Both the position numbers and the translations under genes were made by a program. This document shows, piece by piece, positions 1-8,548 of a DNA stretch of 64,000 bases; position 1 is the stretch's first letter, and each line of letters begins with the position of its first letter. Origin of the DNA: a candidate division WOR-3 bacterium. Its GTDB lineage: Bacteria > Hydrothermota > Tepidihabitantia > Tepidihabitantales > Tepidihabitantaceae. Where the stretch lies: the NCBI GenBank assembly GCA_965649295.1, contig CBFGKH010000002.1, forward strand, positions 128,001-192,000. The letters are read 5' to 3'. The notes under the pieces were generated by a model that made no database searches, was not told the origin of the DNA, and saw only the letters and a program-made list of their open reading frames with translations.

Positions 1-1111
1 CTATTCCGGGACGTTGCACGCCGGTTCTTATGTTTACAACTCGACCCAGCAGCGTGACCAGCGGGTTGGCCGGTTGTTGCGGATGCATGCGAATCGGCAG
101 GAGGCGATTGCGGCGTTGTATTCGGGCGAGATTGGCGCAGTGGTCGGGCTTGCGGAGACGGTGACCGGGGATACGATTTGCATCCGCGAGGCGCCGATTG
201 TTTTGCAGGCGATTGAGTTTCCGGCGCCGGTGCTTTCGGTTGCGGCCGGGTTGCGCGACCGCAAGGATCGGGAGAAGCTGGGCCAGGCACTGGTCCGGCT
301 AGCTGAGGAGGACCCGACTTTTGTTGTGACGACCGATGCTGAGACCGAGCAGACGGTAATATCGGGGATGGGCGAGCTGCACCTGGAGATTATCATGGAC
401 CGGCTGAAGCGGGAGTATGGGGTGGAGGTGATTCCGGGCCGGCCGCAGGTTGCCTATCGTGAGACGATTACGAGCCGGGCTGAGGTGAATGAGAAGTTTG
501 CCAAGCAGACTGGCGGTCGCGGCCAGTTTGCGCACGTGGTCATGGAGCTTGTGCCGCTGCCGGCCGGGCAGGGGTTTGAGTTTGTGAACAAAGTGGTATC
601 GGGCCGGATTCCGAAGGAGTACATTCCGGCGGTGGAGAAGGGAGTCATTGACGCGATGCAGCGAGGCGTTGTCGCTGGTTTTCCGGTGGTGGATGTGCGG
701 GTGACGCTTTTGGATGGGAGTTATCACGAGGTGGATTCGTCGGATATCGCTTTTCGAACCTGTGCGGCACGGGCGTTTCGGCGCGGGTTTCGGGCGGCAA
801 GCCCGGAGCTGCTTGAGCCGGTGATGAGTGTCAATGTGGTGACGCCGGAGGAGTGGGCCGGGGCGATTATGGGTTCGCTTTGTAATCGGCGGGGAGTGAT
901 TACCGGCATGGACGTGCAGGGCGGAGCGAAGGTGATTCGGGCAACGGTCCCGCTTTCGACGATGTTTGGGTATGCGACCGAGGTGCGGAACCTGAGTCAG
1001 GGCCGGGCGACGTTTACGATGCATTTTGAGCATTATGAGGCGGTGCCGTATAGCATCGCCGAAGAGATTATTGCGGCGAGGAAGAAGGCGAAGGGAGAAG
1101 AGGAGGAGTAG
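1..1111 (+). CDS. fusA: Elongation factor G, 5'-truncated by window edge (not followed by tuf, so possibly a second copy)
   Basis: [43 protein letters not shown] and LLEPVM motifs. Confidence 0.95.
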   Translation, partial: YSGTLHAGSYVYNSTQQRDQRVGRLLRMHANRQEAIAALYSGEIGAVVGLAETVTGDTICIREAPIVLQAIEFPAPVLSVAAGLRDRKDREKLGQALVRLAEEDPTFVVTTDAETEQTVISGMGELHLEIIMDRLKREYGVEVIPGRPQVAYRETITSRAEVNEKFAKQTGGRGQFAHVVMELVPLPAGQGFEFVNKVVSGRIPKEYIPAVEKGVIDAMQRGVVAGFPVVDVRVTLLDGSYHEVDSSDIAFRTCAARAFRRGFRAASPELLEPVMSVNVVTPEEWAGAIMGSLCNRRGVITGMDVQGGAKVIRATVPLSTMFGYATEVRNLSQGRATFTMHFEHYEAVPYSIAEEIIAARKKAKGEEEE

Positions 1112-1282
1112 GGCGAAGGGCGAAATGAGGCGACTCTGAGGGCTGTGCGCCTCGGGATAGCGGTAGGGTTACGTCATTCCGACACCGAGGAGGAAGTGCG
1201 GAGTCAGGAATGCAAAATGAGAAGTAAGTTGTGAGGGAAGAGGAATGTTGACAGTTGGTTTGGGAAGGGGAGAATCTGTTTT

Positions 1283-1870
1283 GTGTCATTGAGTCGCAAT
1301 GTCCGCGAGACCTTTTTCACCTTGGGCTATGTGCTGTTTGGTGTCGCCGGCGCGGTCGCAGCCGGGTTTCTGACCTACGGCGCCAAATTTGCCGGTTTTC
1401 CGCGACCGATGCTACCGTTCCTGATTGTCGGGTTGGTCTATGCCCTGATTCATGCGGCGGTACAGATGAGCGGGTTCGGGATGGTGCTGCTCGTCTTCGT
1501 ACTTTTCTTTCTCGGCCAGCTTGCTTTGGCCGGTTCGTTGCGCGGGCCGGCACTGGTTGAGAAGGTGGTTGGGGCCGCTATCTATGTGCTGCCAATCGGT
1601 TCGGCGCTGATCCTCAGCGCCTATCTCTTTCGAACGCTGGGCCGTATCCCTATCGGCAAGTTTATCATCAGTGCGGTGGTAGTTGCCTTTGGGTTTGTGG
1701 TAATGGTGGTGCTCTGGCTCGTGCGACAGGGTGCTGGGCTGGCGTTGCCGGTCTTGGGAGCGCAGGCCTGGATTGGGGCTAAGATCGGAGCCGGGATTGG
1801 TCTTGGGCTGGAGCTGGTTGAGGCCATTGGCGGCAAGCGGCCGAGTCCGCCGGGCATGCCCGAGTCTTGA
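1283..1870 (+). CDS. Hypothetical multi-pass membrane protein
   Basis: About 6 hydrophobic segments; stop overlaps the next start. Confidence 0.7.
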   Translation: MSLSRNVRETFFTLGYVLFGVAGAVAAGFLTYGAKFAGFPRPMLPFLIVGLVYALIHAAVQMSGFGMVLLVFVLFFLGQLALAGSLRGPALVEKVVGAAIYVLPIGSALILSAYLFRTLGRIPIGKFIISAVVVAFGFVVMVVLWLVRQGAGLALPVLGAQAWIGAKIGAGIGLGLELVEAIGGKRPSPPGMPES

Positions 1871-2376
1871 CACTGGCCGAGATTCTCGAGTGGCACTGGC
1901 GGCGCTATCCGCTGCTCGGCGCGGCCGACGTTTATAAGCTCGTTCATCAGGGCGCGTTCGGGCCCGGGCACATTGTCGCAAGTCCGGCCGCAGCGTTGGC
2001 GAATCTCTGGACCGAGATTGGCCGGCTCGAACCCGGGAACGCGCCGGAGACGGTTGATACCGAGCCGCTGGACCCGACAGGTCAGTTTATCCGCGTCAAT
2101 CTGCTGCCGTTGGTCGGTAACAACGAGAAGATTTCCCGGCTTGGTGAGGCACTGGTGCAGAGCAGTCGGGTGCAGGGAACAGTCTCGATAATGAAGGAGC
2201 GACTGGCGATTGCCGCTGACTGGTTTGCCGGTGTTATGCCCGAGATTGGCCAGCAGCTCGGGCAGATTGCTGGCGATGCCGAGTTGGCCGGCTTTCCGCC
2301 GCTCCATCACACTGCGGTCTATATCCGGGCCTTTCAGCCGGCCTATCGCGTCGTTCTCGCTGAACTCTGGTCCTGA
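1867..2376 (+). CDS. Conserved hypothetical protein
   Basis: DVYKLVHQGAFGPGH and HHTAVY...PAYRVV motifs; coupled to the upstream gene. Confidence 0.7.
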   Translation: MTLAEILEWHWRRYPLLGAADVYKLVHQGAFGPGHIVASPAAALANLWTEIGRLEPGNAPETVDTEPLDPTGQFIRVNLLPLVGNNEKISRLGEALVQSSRVQGTVSIMKERLAIAADWFAGVMPEIGQQLGQIAGDAELAGFPPLHHTAVYIRAFQPAYRVVLAELWS

Positions 2377-3001
2377 CCCCGACGCGGCAGCACAACGCTG
2401 CTACCGGGCACTCATCGCACTTCGGGTTGACTGGCCGACAGATTGTCTGGCCGAGCGCGACCAAAAGATAGTTCCACTCGCGCCAGCGGCGGCGCGGCAG
2501 CACCTGCTGTAAGGCCTGCTCGGTGGCCTGCGGCGTGCTAGTGCTGACGAGGCCGAGACGGTTTGATATCCGGTGGACGTGCGTGTCAACAGCGATGGCG
2601 TCCTGACCGAAAGCATTGGCGAGGACGATATTGGCGACCTTGGGGCCGACACCGGGCAGTAGCAGCAGTTCGGCCTTGGTAGCCGGCACCCGGCCCAGCG
2701 CGACGAGCTGCTGTGCCAGTTTGGGCAGGAGTCGGGCCTTGGTGCGATAGAAGCCGACCGGGTAGATGAGTCGGGCGATGCTGTCAACCCGGAGCCGGGC
2801 AAGGGCCGCAGGAGTTGGCGCAACCTGAAAAAGCCGGGCAGCAGCCTGGGCAGTTACCGTATCCTGAGTTCGGGTCGAAAGGACCGCTGCTACCAGCACC
2901 GAATACGGCTCGCGCTGAGGCATCGCCTTGACCGGTGCGGCGAGACTGGGCAGGGCTGCTTGCAGTTGCGCAACGATGCGCCGGACATGGTCTTTGGGCA
3001 A
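2234..3001 (-). CDS. nth: Endonuclease III (HhH-GPD, 4Fe-4S)
   Basis: LPGVGPKVA HhH motif, IAVDTHVHR, CRPVNPKCDECPVAALC Fe-S motif. Confidence 0.93.
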   Translation of the reverse strand: MPKDHVRRIVAQLQAALPSLAAPVKAMPQREPYSVLVAAVLSTRTQDTVTAQAAARLFQVAPTPAALARLRVDSIARLIYPVGFYRTKARLLPKLAQQLVALGRVPATKAELLLLPGVGPKVANIVLANAFGQDAIAVDTHVHRISNRLGLVSTSTPQATEQALQQVLPRRRWREWNYLLVALGQTICRPVNPKCDECPVAALCCRVGVRTRVQRERRDRPAERPGYRPQCDGAAESRPTRHRQQSARAAGQSRA

Positions 3002-3015
3002 AGGTGTGGTGGGGG

Positions 3016-3423
3016 CTAGAAGATAAGTGCCCAGAGCACGAGCATCCCGGCAGTGAAGATGGTGGTGAGGGCAGCAACCATCAGCAGAGGGTGGATACGC
3101 ATTGCTCCCGAAACCTCGCCGGAGCGGCTGCGAGTGAAGGTGACGAGCGCGGCAGCGAGGGCGAGGACCATCGTGATAATGGCGAGGGGTAGGTGGCCGG
3201 TCAACCGGGTATCAAATCCCCGGCCGCGCAGGTCGGCAGTCACGAGCAGCCCAATAACAAAGTTGGCAACGGTCAGGAGCAGAAATACGATTGAGCGGTG
3301 ACGCTGGGTGGTAAACGGGAAGTCCCATTGGGTGATGCGAGAGAGGCTCGTCTGAGCGGTAACAAGGCCGAGGGCCAAAGTGGCAATCGCCAGCAAGGGA
3401 TGAATGTAACCGTACCAGGGCAT
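3016..3423 (-). CDS. 4-TM membrane protein with TM histidines (DUF4079/cytochrome b561-like)
   Basis: Four hydrophobic helices, each with a His; SD AGGAG upstream. Confidence 0.6.
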   Translation of the reverse strand: MPWYGYIHPLLAIATLALGLVTAQTSLSRITQWDFPFTTQRHRSIVFLLLTVANFVIGLLVTADLRGRGFDTRLTGHLPLAIITMVLALAAALVTFTRSRSGEVSGAMRIHPLLMVAALTTIFTAGMLVLWALIF

Positions 3424-3487
3424 ACTTCTCCTAGGCTAAGAGCCGGTCAATACTCTGGGACGCGCAACCGTATCGCACATAACGGCA

Positions 3488-3558
3488 AGCGGCCAACGGG
3501 AATCGAACCCGTGTAGCCGGCTTGGGAAGCCGGAGCTCTACCCCTGAGCTATGGCCGC
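3488..3558 (-). tRNA. tRNA-Gly (CCC), CCA not encoded
   Basis: Reverse complement GCGGCCATAGCTCAGGGGTAGAGC...CCGGC-TTCCCAA-GCCGG...GGTTCGATTCCCGTTGGCCGCT folds as a cloverleaf. Confidence 0.95.
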
Positions 3559-3727
3559 AAACGACGGCACTGCTGGCGCTACTGGCGATAGCAGTTCGCT
3601 AGGGTGAATCGTAGTCACCGCTGTCCGAGTGTCAAGTGCGGTAGCGGCGAGTAGCCAAAGATATGGCAGTCGTGGTGGCCACTGGCAGTGGTCAGATTGA
3701 CTATTTCGGTATTGCCGATAAACTCAC

Positions 3728-5203
3728 ATGATGTCTCGGTCTTTGGCCTGGTTGCTCGTCGGGGCGGCTATGGCCAGTGCCATGCCGCCGGTGCGAGCTG
3801 CGGATGCCGAGACGATTTTGCTCCCTGAGCCGGTTTCGCATCAGTCAAGTTTTGCCCTGGTTTCGAACAGCCGCTATTCGGTGTATGCCGGTTTTTCCGA
3901 CTCCTTGCCCCGCACGGTGCTCGGCAATGTTGTCTGGGCAATGGCGCGGGCCTTGACGGTAATCAGTCCGGGGCCGGAATGGACGCTCTATGTGGCGATG
4001 CGCTCCGGTGTCTATCGCTATGAACTGGCTAGCCGCCGACTGGTGCTCTATCGGGCCGGTGACCGGCGCTACAGTTCGGCCTCGGCCTATGAGATTGGAG
4101 TGGCGACCCAGAGTTACGAAGTTGCCGGCGCGGCAGTACAGGCCGGCCTTTTGGCAGCGACAGCCTTTCGCCAGGAGCCGAACCCGCGGGTGGTGGCCTG
4201 TCCGCTCGGCTGGGCCGCCGATAACGCCAATCTCAACTGGGGGGCAGGTTTGCCGATAAGGATGGTCGTGGTGCTCGGTGCGGCCGAGGCACTGCCGCTG
4301 GACTCAGTGGTAATCGCCCGGTCAGCCGATGGCAGTTTGCCCCGGCCCCAAGTGATTGGCCAGGATTCGTTTGTGGCAGTGGTGCGCGATCTCGAACAGG
4401 ACGATCGGTTTCGGCCGTTCCCGCTTTCTGATGCGACGGTTGCTCAGTTGCTTTGGGCTGGACGGGGCGTGACTCCGCATCTGACCTTCAACAATCAGCA
4501 GGGGTTGACCGTGCCGACACTGGCAACCGACCAGCAGGCGATTCGCCTTTATCTGCTGAACGAGCAGGGTCTGGGCCGATATGTCAGCGCTGCGGGTCCT
4601 GTCCATCGGCTGGTCTGGATCGGACGCACCGACCTGCGGCCTGGACTCCGGCTGGCGACTGGTCGAATTCCGAGTTCGGCACCGTGCTATGTCGTGGTGA
4701 CGGTTGCCGACACCGGTTCAGCCAATCTGCTGCTTGAGGCCGGAGCCACTGCCTTTCAGTTGCTCGGTCAGGCGCGGGCGCTGGGGTTGTCAGGCCGACT
4801 GGTGCTGTCGCTGGCAGCGGCCGAGCGGCTGGCAGTCGGCGCGGTGCTCGGGTTAGAGAAAGAGGTCCCGGTTATTGTCTTTGCCGCAGGCGAGCCGGCG
4901 CAGGAAAGATTGGCAGCGAGTCCCGAAGATATTGTTAGTATCGTGCGGGCTGACCCGGCAATCCGGCGCGGGCGGATGGAGCTGCGTTATCTTCTCAAGC
5001 GGTCCGGGCCGGTGCGGGTCGAAGTGTTTGACATGCTCGGGCGGTCGGTGTTGGTGCTGCTTGACGAAGAACAGTCAGCTGGGCTGCACGATGTAAGCTG
5101 GGACGGTACCGGGCCAGACGGCCGTCGCCTCAAACGCGGCACTTATCTCGTTACCGTGTCGGCGCGCGGAGCCGTGGTGCGACACAAGGTCAATCTCGGC
5201 TGA
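3728..5203 (+). CDS. Secreted protein with two nitroreductase/SagB-like domains and a C-terminal FlgD-Ig/T9SS-like domain
   Basis: Signal peptide; LSDATVAQLLWAGRG and LLLEAGATAFQL motifs; VFDMLGR...WDGTGPDGRRLKRGTYLV tail. Confidence 0.7.
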   Translation: MMSRSLAWLLVGAAMASAMPPVRAADAETILLPEPVSHQSSFALVSNSRYSVYAGFSDSLPRTVLGNVVWAMARALTVISPGPEWTLYVAMRSGVYRYELASRRLVLYRAGDRRYSSASAYEIGVATQSYEVAGAAVQAGLLAATAFRQEPNPRVVACPLGWAADNANLNWGAGLPIRMVVVLGAAEALPLDSVVIARSADGSLPRPQVIGQDSFVAVVRDLEQDDRFRPFPLSDATVAQLLWAGRGVTPHLTFNNQQGLTVPTLATDQQAIRLYLLNEQGLGRYVSAAGPVHRLVWIGRTDLRPGLRLATGRIPSSAPCYVVVTVADTGSANLLLEAGATAFQLLGQARALGLSGRLVLSLAAAERLAVGAVLGLEKEVPVIVFAAGEPAQERLAASPEDIVSIVRADPAIRRGRMELRYLLKRSGPVRVEVFDMLGRSVLVLLDEEQSAGLHDVSWDGTGPDGRRLKRGTYLVTVSARGAVVRHKVNLG

Positions 5204-5270
5204 TAGCGGCCGGTAACTGACAACGGTAAGGCCGGTCAATCGCGCGGCCGAATAAACTAGTGCTGAGAGA

Positions 5271-6845
5271 ATGACAGACAAGCTGAGCATTGGCGTCTGC
5301 GAAAAACTGTTGCCCCACGCGACGCGAGCGGCAGCTGCCGATGTCTTAGTCGTACCGTTTCCAGCCGACTGTAGTAGTATTGGCGCTGTCAGCGGTGCGC
5401 CCCAGCGGGTAATCGGCGGTCGCTGCCTTGCCGGCAGCGAAGTTCCGGGCGTCGTGCGCGTTGACTGGTGCGAACGATGCGACACATCAGCCGATGCCCA
5501 GGCTGCGCTAGCCCTGCTCATCGAGAAGCTGACACTCGAAGAACGACTGACTGCCCAGCGCACTCGGCTCAACACCATCCTCGCCGATGCCTATCGCCGA
5601 CTGACCAACTACGCGCTGGTGCGGGAACTGGTCCAGACCCTCTCTGAGACCCTGGCTGAGGAGAAAGTTGTCGACCGGGTCTTTGACGCCTTCAGCAGCC
5701 TGCTGGCTCCAGAACGGATGCTGTTTGTCGCCCTGAAAGAAGGTCAGGTTGAGCACGTCTGGGCAAGGCCGCCGACAGTGCTGGCAGGGGATAGTCCTGA
5801 GGTCCGCGAGCTGGCCGAGTTCCGGCGGGCCTATGCCTGGACCGAAGACGGCCGCGGATTTCGGCTAAGCATCCGGCACCGGAGCAAAGCAATTGGCACA
5901 ATCGAAGTGCGTGGCATCGCTGCCCCGGAACAGAAAGAGCACTACCTCGACCTCGCTCTCGTTATCACCCGCGTCGCCGGACTCGCTCTCTCCAATGCCC
6001 AGCTCTATCAGGATATGAAGGGGCCGAACCGGACCTCGCTCGAATTCGCCGAAGACCTGCGCGACGCCCTGCTCGCCCGCAAGCGGGCCGAAGAGAAACA
6101 GGCCCAGTTGTTGCGGCAGGTCGAAGCAGCCAACCAGGAGCTGAACGACTTTGCCCATGTCGTCTCTCACGACCTCAAAGCACCACTGCGGGCAATTGAT
6201 ACCTTGGCCCGCTGGGTCCTCGCCGACTACGGGCCAAAACTCGACGCCGACGGCCAAGAACAATTGCGGATGCTCGTGGCCCGGGCCGACCGGATGCGGC
6301 AGTTGATTGACGGCATTCTGCAGTATTCAAGGGCTGGCAGGCTCCGCACCGAACCGGTGCCGGTCAACTTGGCCGAACTGTTGCCTGGCGTCATTGATAA
6401 CCTCTCGCCACCCGCCAATATTCAGGTCACAATCGAAACAGACCTGCCGGTAGTCGGCGGCGACAAGGTGCGACTCGAACAGCTCTTTCAGAACTTGCTC
6501 AGCAACGCCATCAAGTATATGGACAAGCCCAACGGGCTCGTGCGCATCGGCTGCCTCAGCGGTGAGACCGGGCCTGACGGCGGCCCAGGCCAGGGTTTCT
6601 ACTCCTGCTACGTTGCCGACAACGGGCCGGGAATCGCCGAAAAGGACCGGGAGCGGGTCTTTGGACTCTTCCAAACCCTGCGGCCCCGGGACGAGGCCGA
6701 CTCGACCGGCGTCGGGCTGGCAGTCGTCAAGAAGATAGTCGAGACCGGCGGTGGCCGGGTCTGGCTCGAATCAGAACTGGGCGCAGGAACCACCTTCCGC
6801 TTCACCCTGCCCAAGCCGCCGGCCGGCCAAGACGGAGGAGCATAA
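5271..6845 (+). CDS. Sensor histidine kinase (Cys-containing N-terminus, GAF-like, HisKA, HATPase)
   Basis: FAHVVSHDLKAPL, NLLSNAIKY, DNGPGI, GVGLAVVKK. Confidence 0.92.
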   Translation: MTDKLSIGVCEKLLPHATRAAAADVLVVPFPADCSSIGAVSGAPQRVIGGRCLAGSEVPGVVRVDWCERCDTSADAQAALALLIEKLTLEERLTAQRTRLNTILADAYRRLTNYALVRELVQTLSETLAEEKVVDRVFDAFSSLLAPERMLFVALKEGQVEHVWARPPTVLAGDSPEVRELAEFRRAYAWTEDGRGFRLSIRHRSKAIGTIEVRGIAAPEQKEHYLDLALVITRVAGLALSNAQLYQDMKGPNRTSLEFAEDLRDALLARKRAEEKQAQLLRQVEAANQELNDFAHVVSHDLKAPLRAIDTLARWVLADYGPKLDADGQEQLRMLVARADRMRQLIDGILQYSRAGRLRTEPVPVNLAELLPGVIDNLSPPANIQVTIETDLPVVGGDKVRLEQLFQNLLSNAIKYMDKPNGLVRIGCLSGETGPDGGPGQGFYSCYVADNGPGIAEKDRERVFGLFQTLRPRDEADSTGVGLAVVKKIVETGGGRVWLESELGAGTTFRFTLPKPPAGQDGGA

Positions 6846-6846
6846 A

Positions 6847-8295
6847 ATGAACCATCCTGCTGAACGGCGCTGGCGGGTGCTGCTAATCGAAGATGACAAG
6901 ATTGACCAAATGGCCTTCAAGCGATTCGTCCAAGAAGCCGGCTTGGCCTATGACTGTCGGTACGCCGGCTCGGTTGCCGAGGCCCGCAAAGCACTCGCAG
7001 ATGAGAAGTTCGATGTCGTCATCACCGACTACTCGCTCGGTGATGGCACGGCGTTTGATGTGGTCGAACTCTGCCACGGTATGCCGATTATCTTTACGAC
7101 CGGTGCCGGCGATGAGAGTGTGGCGGTGCGGGCGCTGAAGACCGGCGCCGCTGACTATTTGATCAAGGACCATGAGCGCCACTATCTGCAGGTACTGCCG
7201 GTGACCGTCGGCAACGCCATTCGCCGGATGCAGGCGGAAGAGCAGGTTCGCAAGCTCGAGCGGGCAATCGCCCAGAGTCCGGTGACAGTGGTTATTACCG
7301 ACGTCACGGGCAAGATTGAATATGTCAACCCCAAGTTCACCAGTCTGACTGGTTACAGCGTTGCCGAGGCGCTGGGGCAGAATCCGCGAATCCTCAAGTC
7401 GGGCGAGCATCCGGCCGAGTTCTACGAAGAGCTCTGGCGGACGATATCATCCGGGCAGGAATGGCGCGGCGAGTTCCACAATCGTAAGAAGAACGGCGAG
7501 CTGTTCTGGGAGCAGGCCTCAATCTCGCCGGTACGGAATCGCGATGGGGTTGTCACCCACTATGTTGCGGTAAAGGAAGATATCACTGAACGGAAACGGA
7601 TTGAGGCCGAGCGCGAGCGGCTAATCAGCGAGCTTGACGCCTTTGCCCATACGGTTGCCCATGACCTGAAGAACCCGCTCGGAGCGGTGCTGGGTTTTGC
7701 CGAGTTGCTCAACCTGGGCAGTAGTCAGTTGAGCGAGGAGGACAAGCGGCAGAGCATCGCTGCCATCGCCCAGGGCGCGCGCAAGATGCAAAGCATCATT
7801 GACGAGCTGCTGCTTCTGGCTGGCGTGCGCAAGGCCGAGGTTCGGCTCGAGCCGGTGGATATGGCAGCAGTCGTGGCCGGTGCCTGGGGCCGGCTCAGTC
7901 ACATGGCCAGCGAATACGCGCCGGAACTGCACCTGCCCAAAGAATGGCCGGTCGCGCTGGGTTATGGGCCGTGGCTGGAGGAAGTGTGGGCCAACTACCT
8001 GAGTAATGCTCTGAAGTACGGTGGCCGTCCGCCGCTGATTGAGGTCGGGGCCGATGTTGTTGGTGACCGCGTGCGGTTTTGGGTCAAGGACAACGGGCCG
8101 GGCATCAGCATCGAGGAGCAGCAGCGGCTCTTTCTGCCGTTCACTCGGCTGCACCAGGCGCGGGCGACTGGGCAGGGACTGGGGCTTTCGATCGTCCGGC
8201 GGATAATGGAGAAGCTCGGCGGCGAGGCTTGGGTGGAAAGCGAGCCAGGCAAAGGCAGTCGATTCGGATTCACCCTGCCGCGGGCTGGCAAGTGA
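6847..8295 (+). CDS. Hybrid kinase REC-PAS-HisKA-HATPase
   Basis: LLIEDD receiver, PAS (YVNPKF...GEFHNRKKNG), VAHDLKNPL; SD GGAGG before ATG 6847. Confidence 0.92.
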   Translation: MNHPAERRWRVLLIEDDKIDQMAFKRFVQEAGLAYDCRYAGSVAEARKALADEKFDVVITDYSLGDGTAFDVVELCHGMPIIFTTGAGDESVAVRALKTGAADYLIKDHERHYLQVLPVTVGNAIRRMQAEEQVRKLERAIAQSPVTVVITDVTGKIEYVNPKFTSLTGYSVAEALGQNPRILKSGEHPAEFYEELWRTISSGQEWRGEFHNRKKNGELFWEQASISPVRNRDGVVTHYVAVKEDITERKRIEAERERLISELDAFAHTVAHDLKNPLGAVLGFAELLNLGSSQLSEEDKRQSIAAIAQGARKMQSIIDELLLLAGVRKAEVRLEPVDMAAVVAGAWGRLSHMASEYAPELHLPKEWPVALGYGPWLEEVWANYLSNALKYGGRPPLIEVGADVVGDRVRFWVKDNGPGISIEEQQRLFLPFTRLHQARATGQGLGLSIVRRIMEKLGGEAWVESEPGKGSRFGFTLPRAGK

Positions 8296-8548
8296 CGACC
8301 GAATAGAGTCAGCAGCCGCCACGCCGAAGGCAGCAATCAAACCAAAACGACAAGCAGTGGCTAGGGCTGTCCGTTAGCCGAGTCAGCGGTGCTGGCTTGA
8401 CGATTTCACTTGACACTGCCGCACTGCCGGACTAATCTACAACTGACCGAAGGAGACCAAGTGCCAGTCAGGCAGCAATGGTGTCATCATCAAACCCGGA
8501 TACTCAAGGCCGGGCTAGTTGCGCTGATGCCCAAATGCAGGGGGGGAT

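Noticed and set aside
3488..3558. tRNA-Gly as an integration site
   Set aside because: No integrase and no duplicated tRNA 3' end were seen
8440..8548. Riboswitch in the kinase leader
   Set aside because: Hairpins are present but I could not match a known aptamer consensus; an Rfam scan is needed
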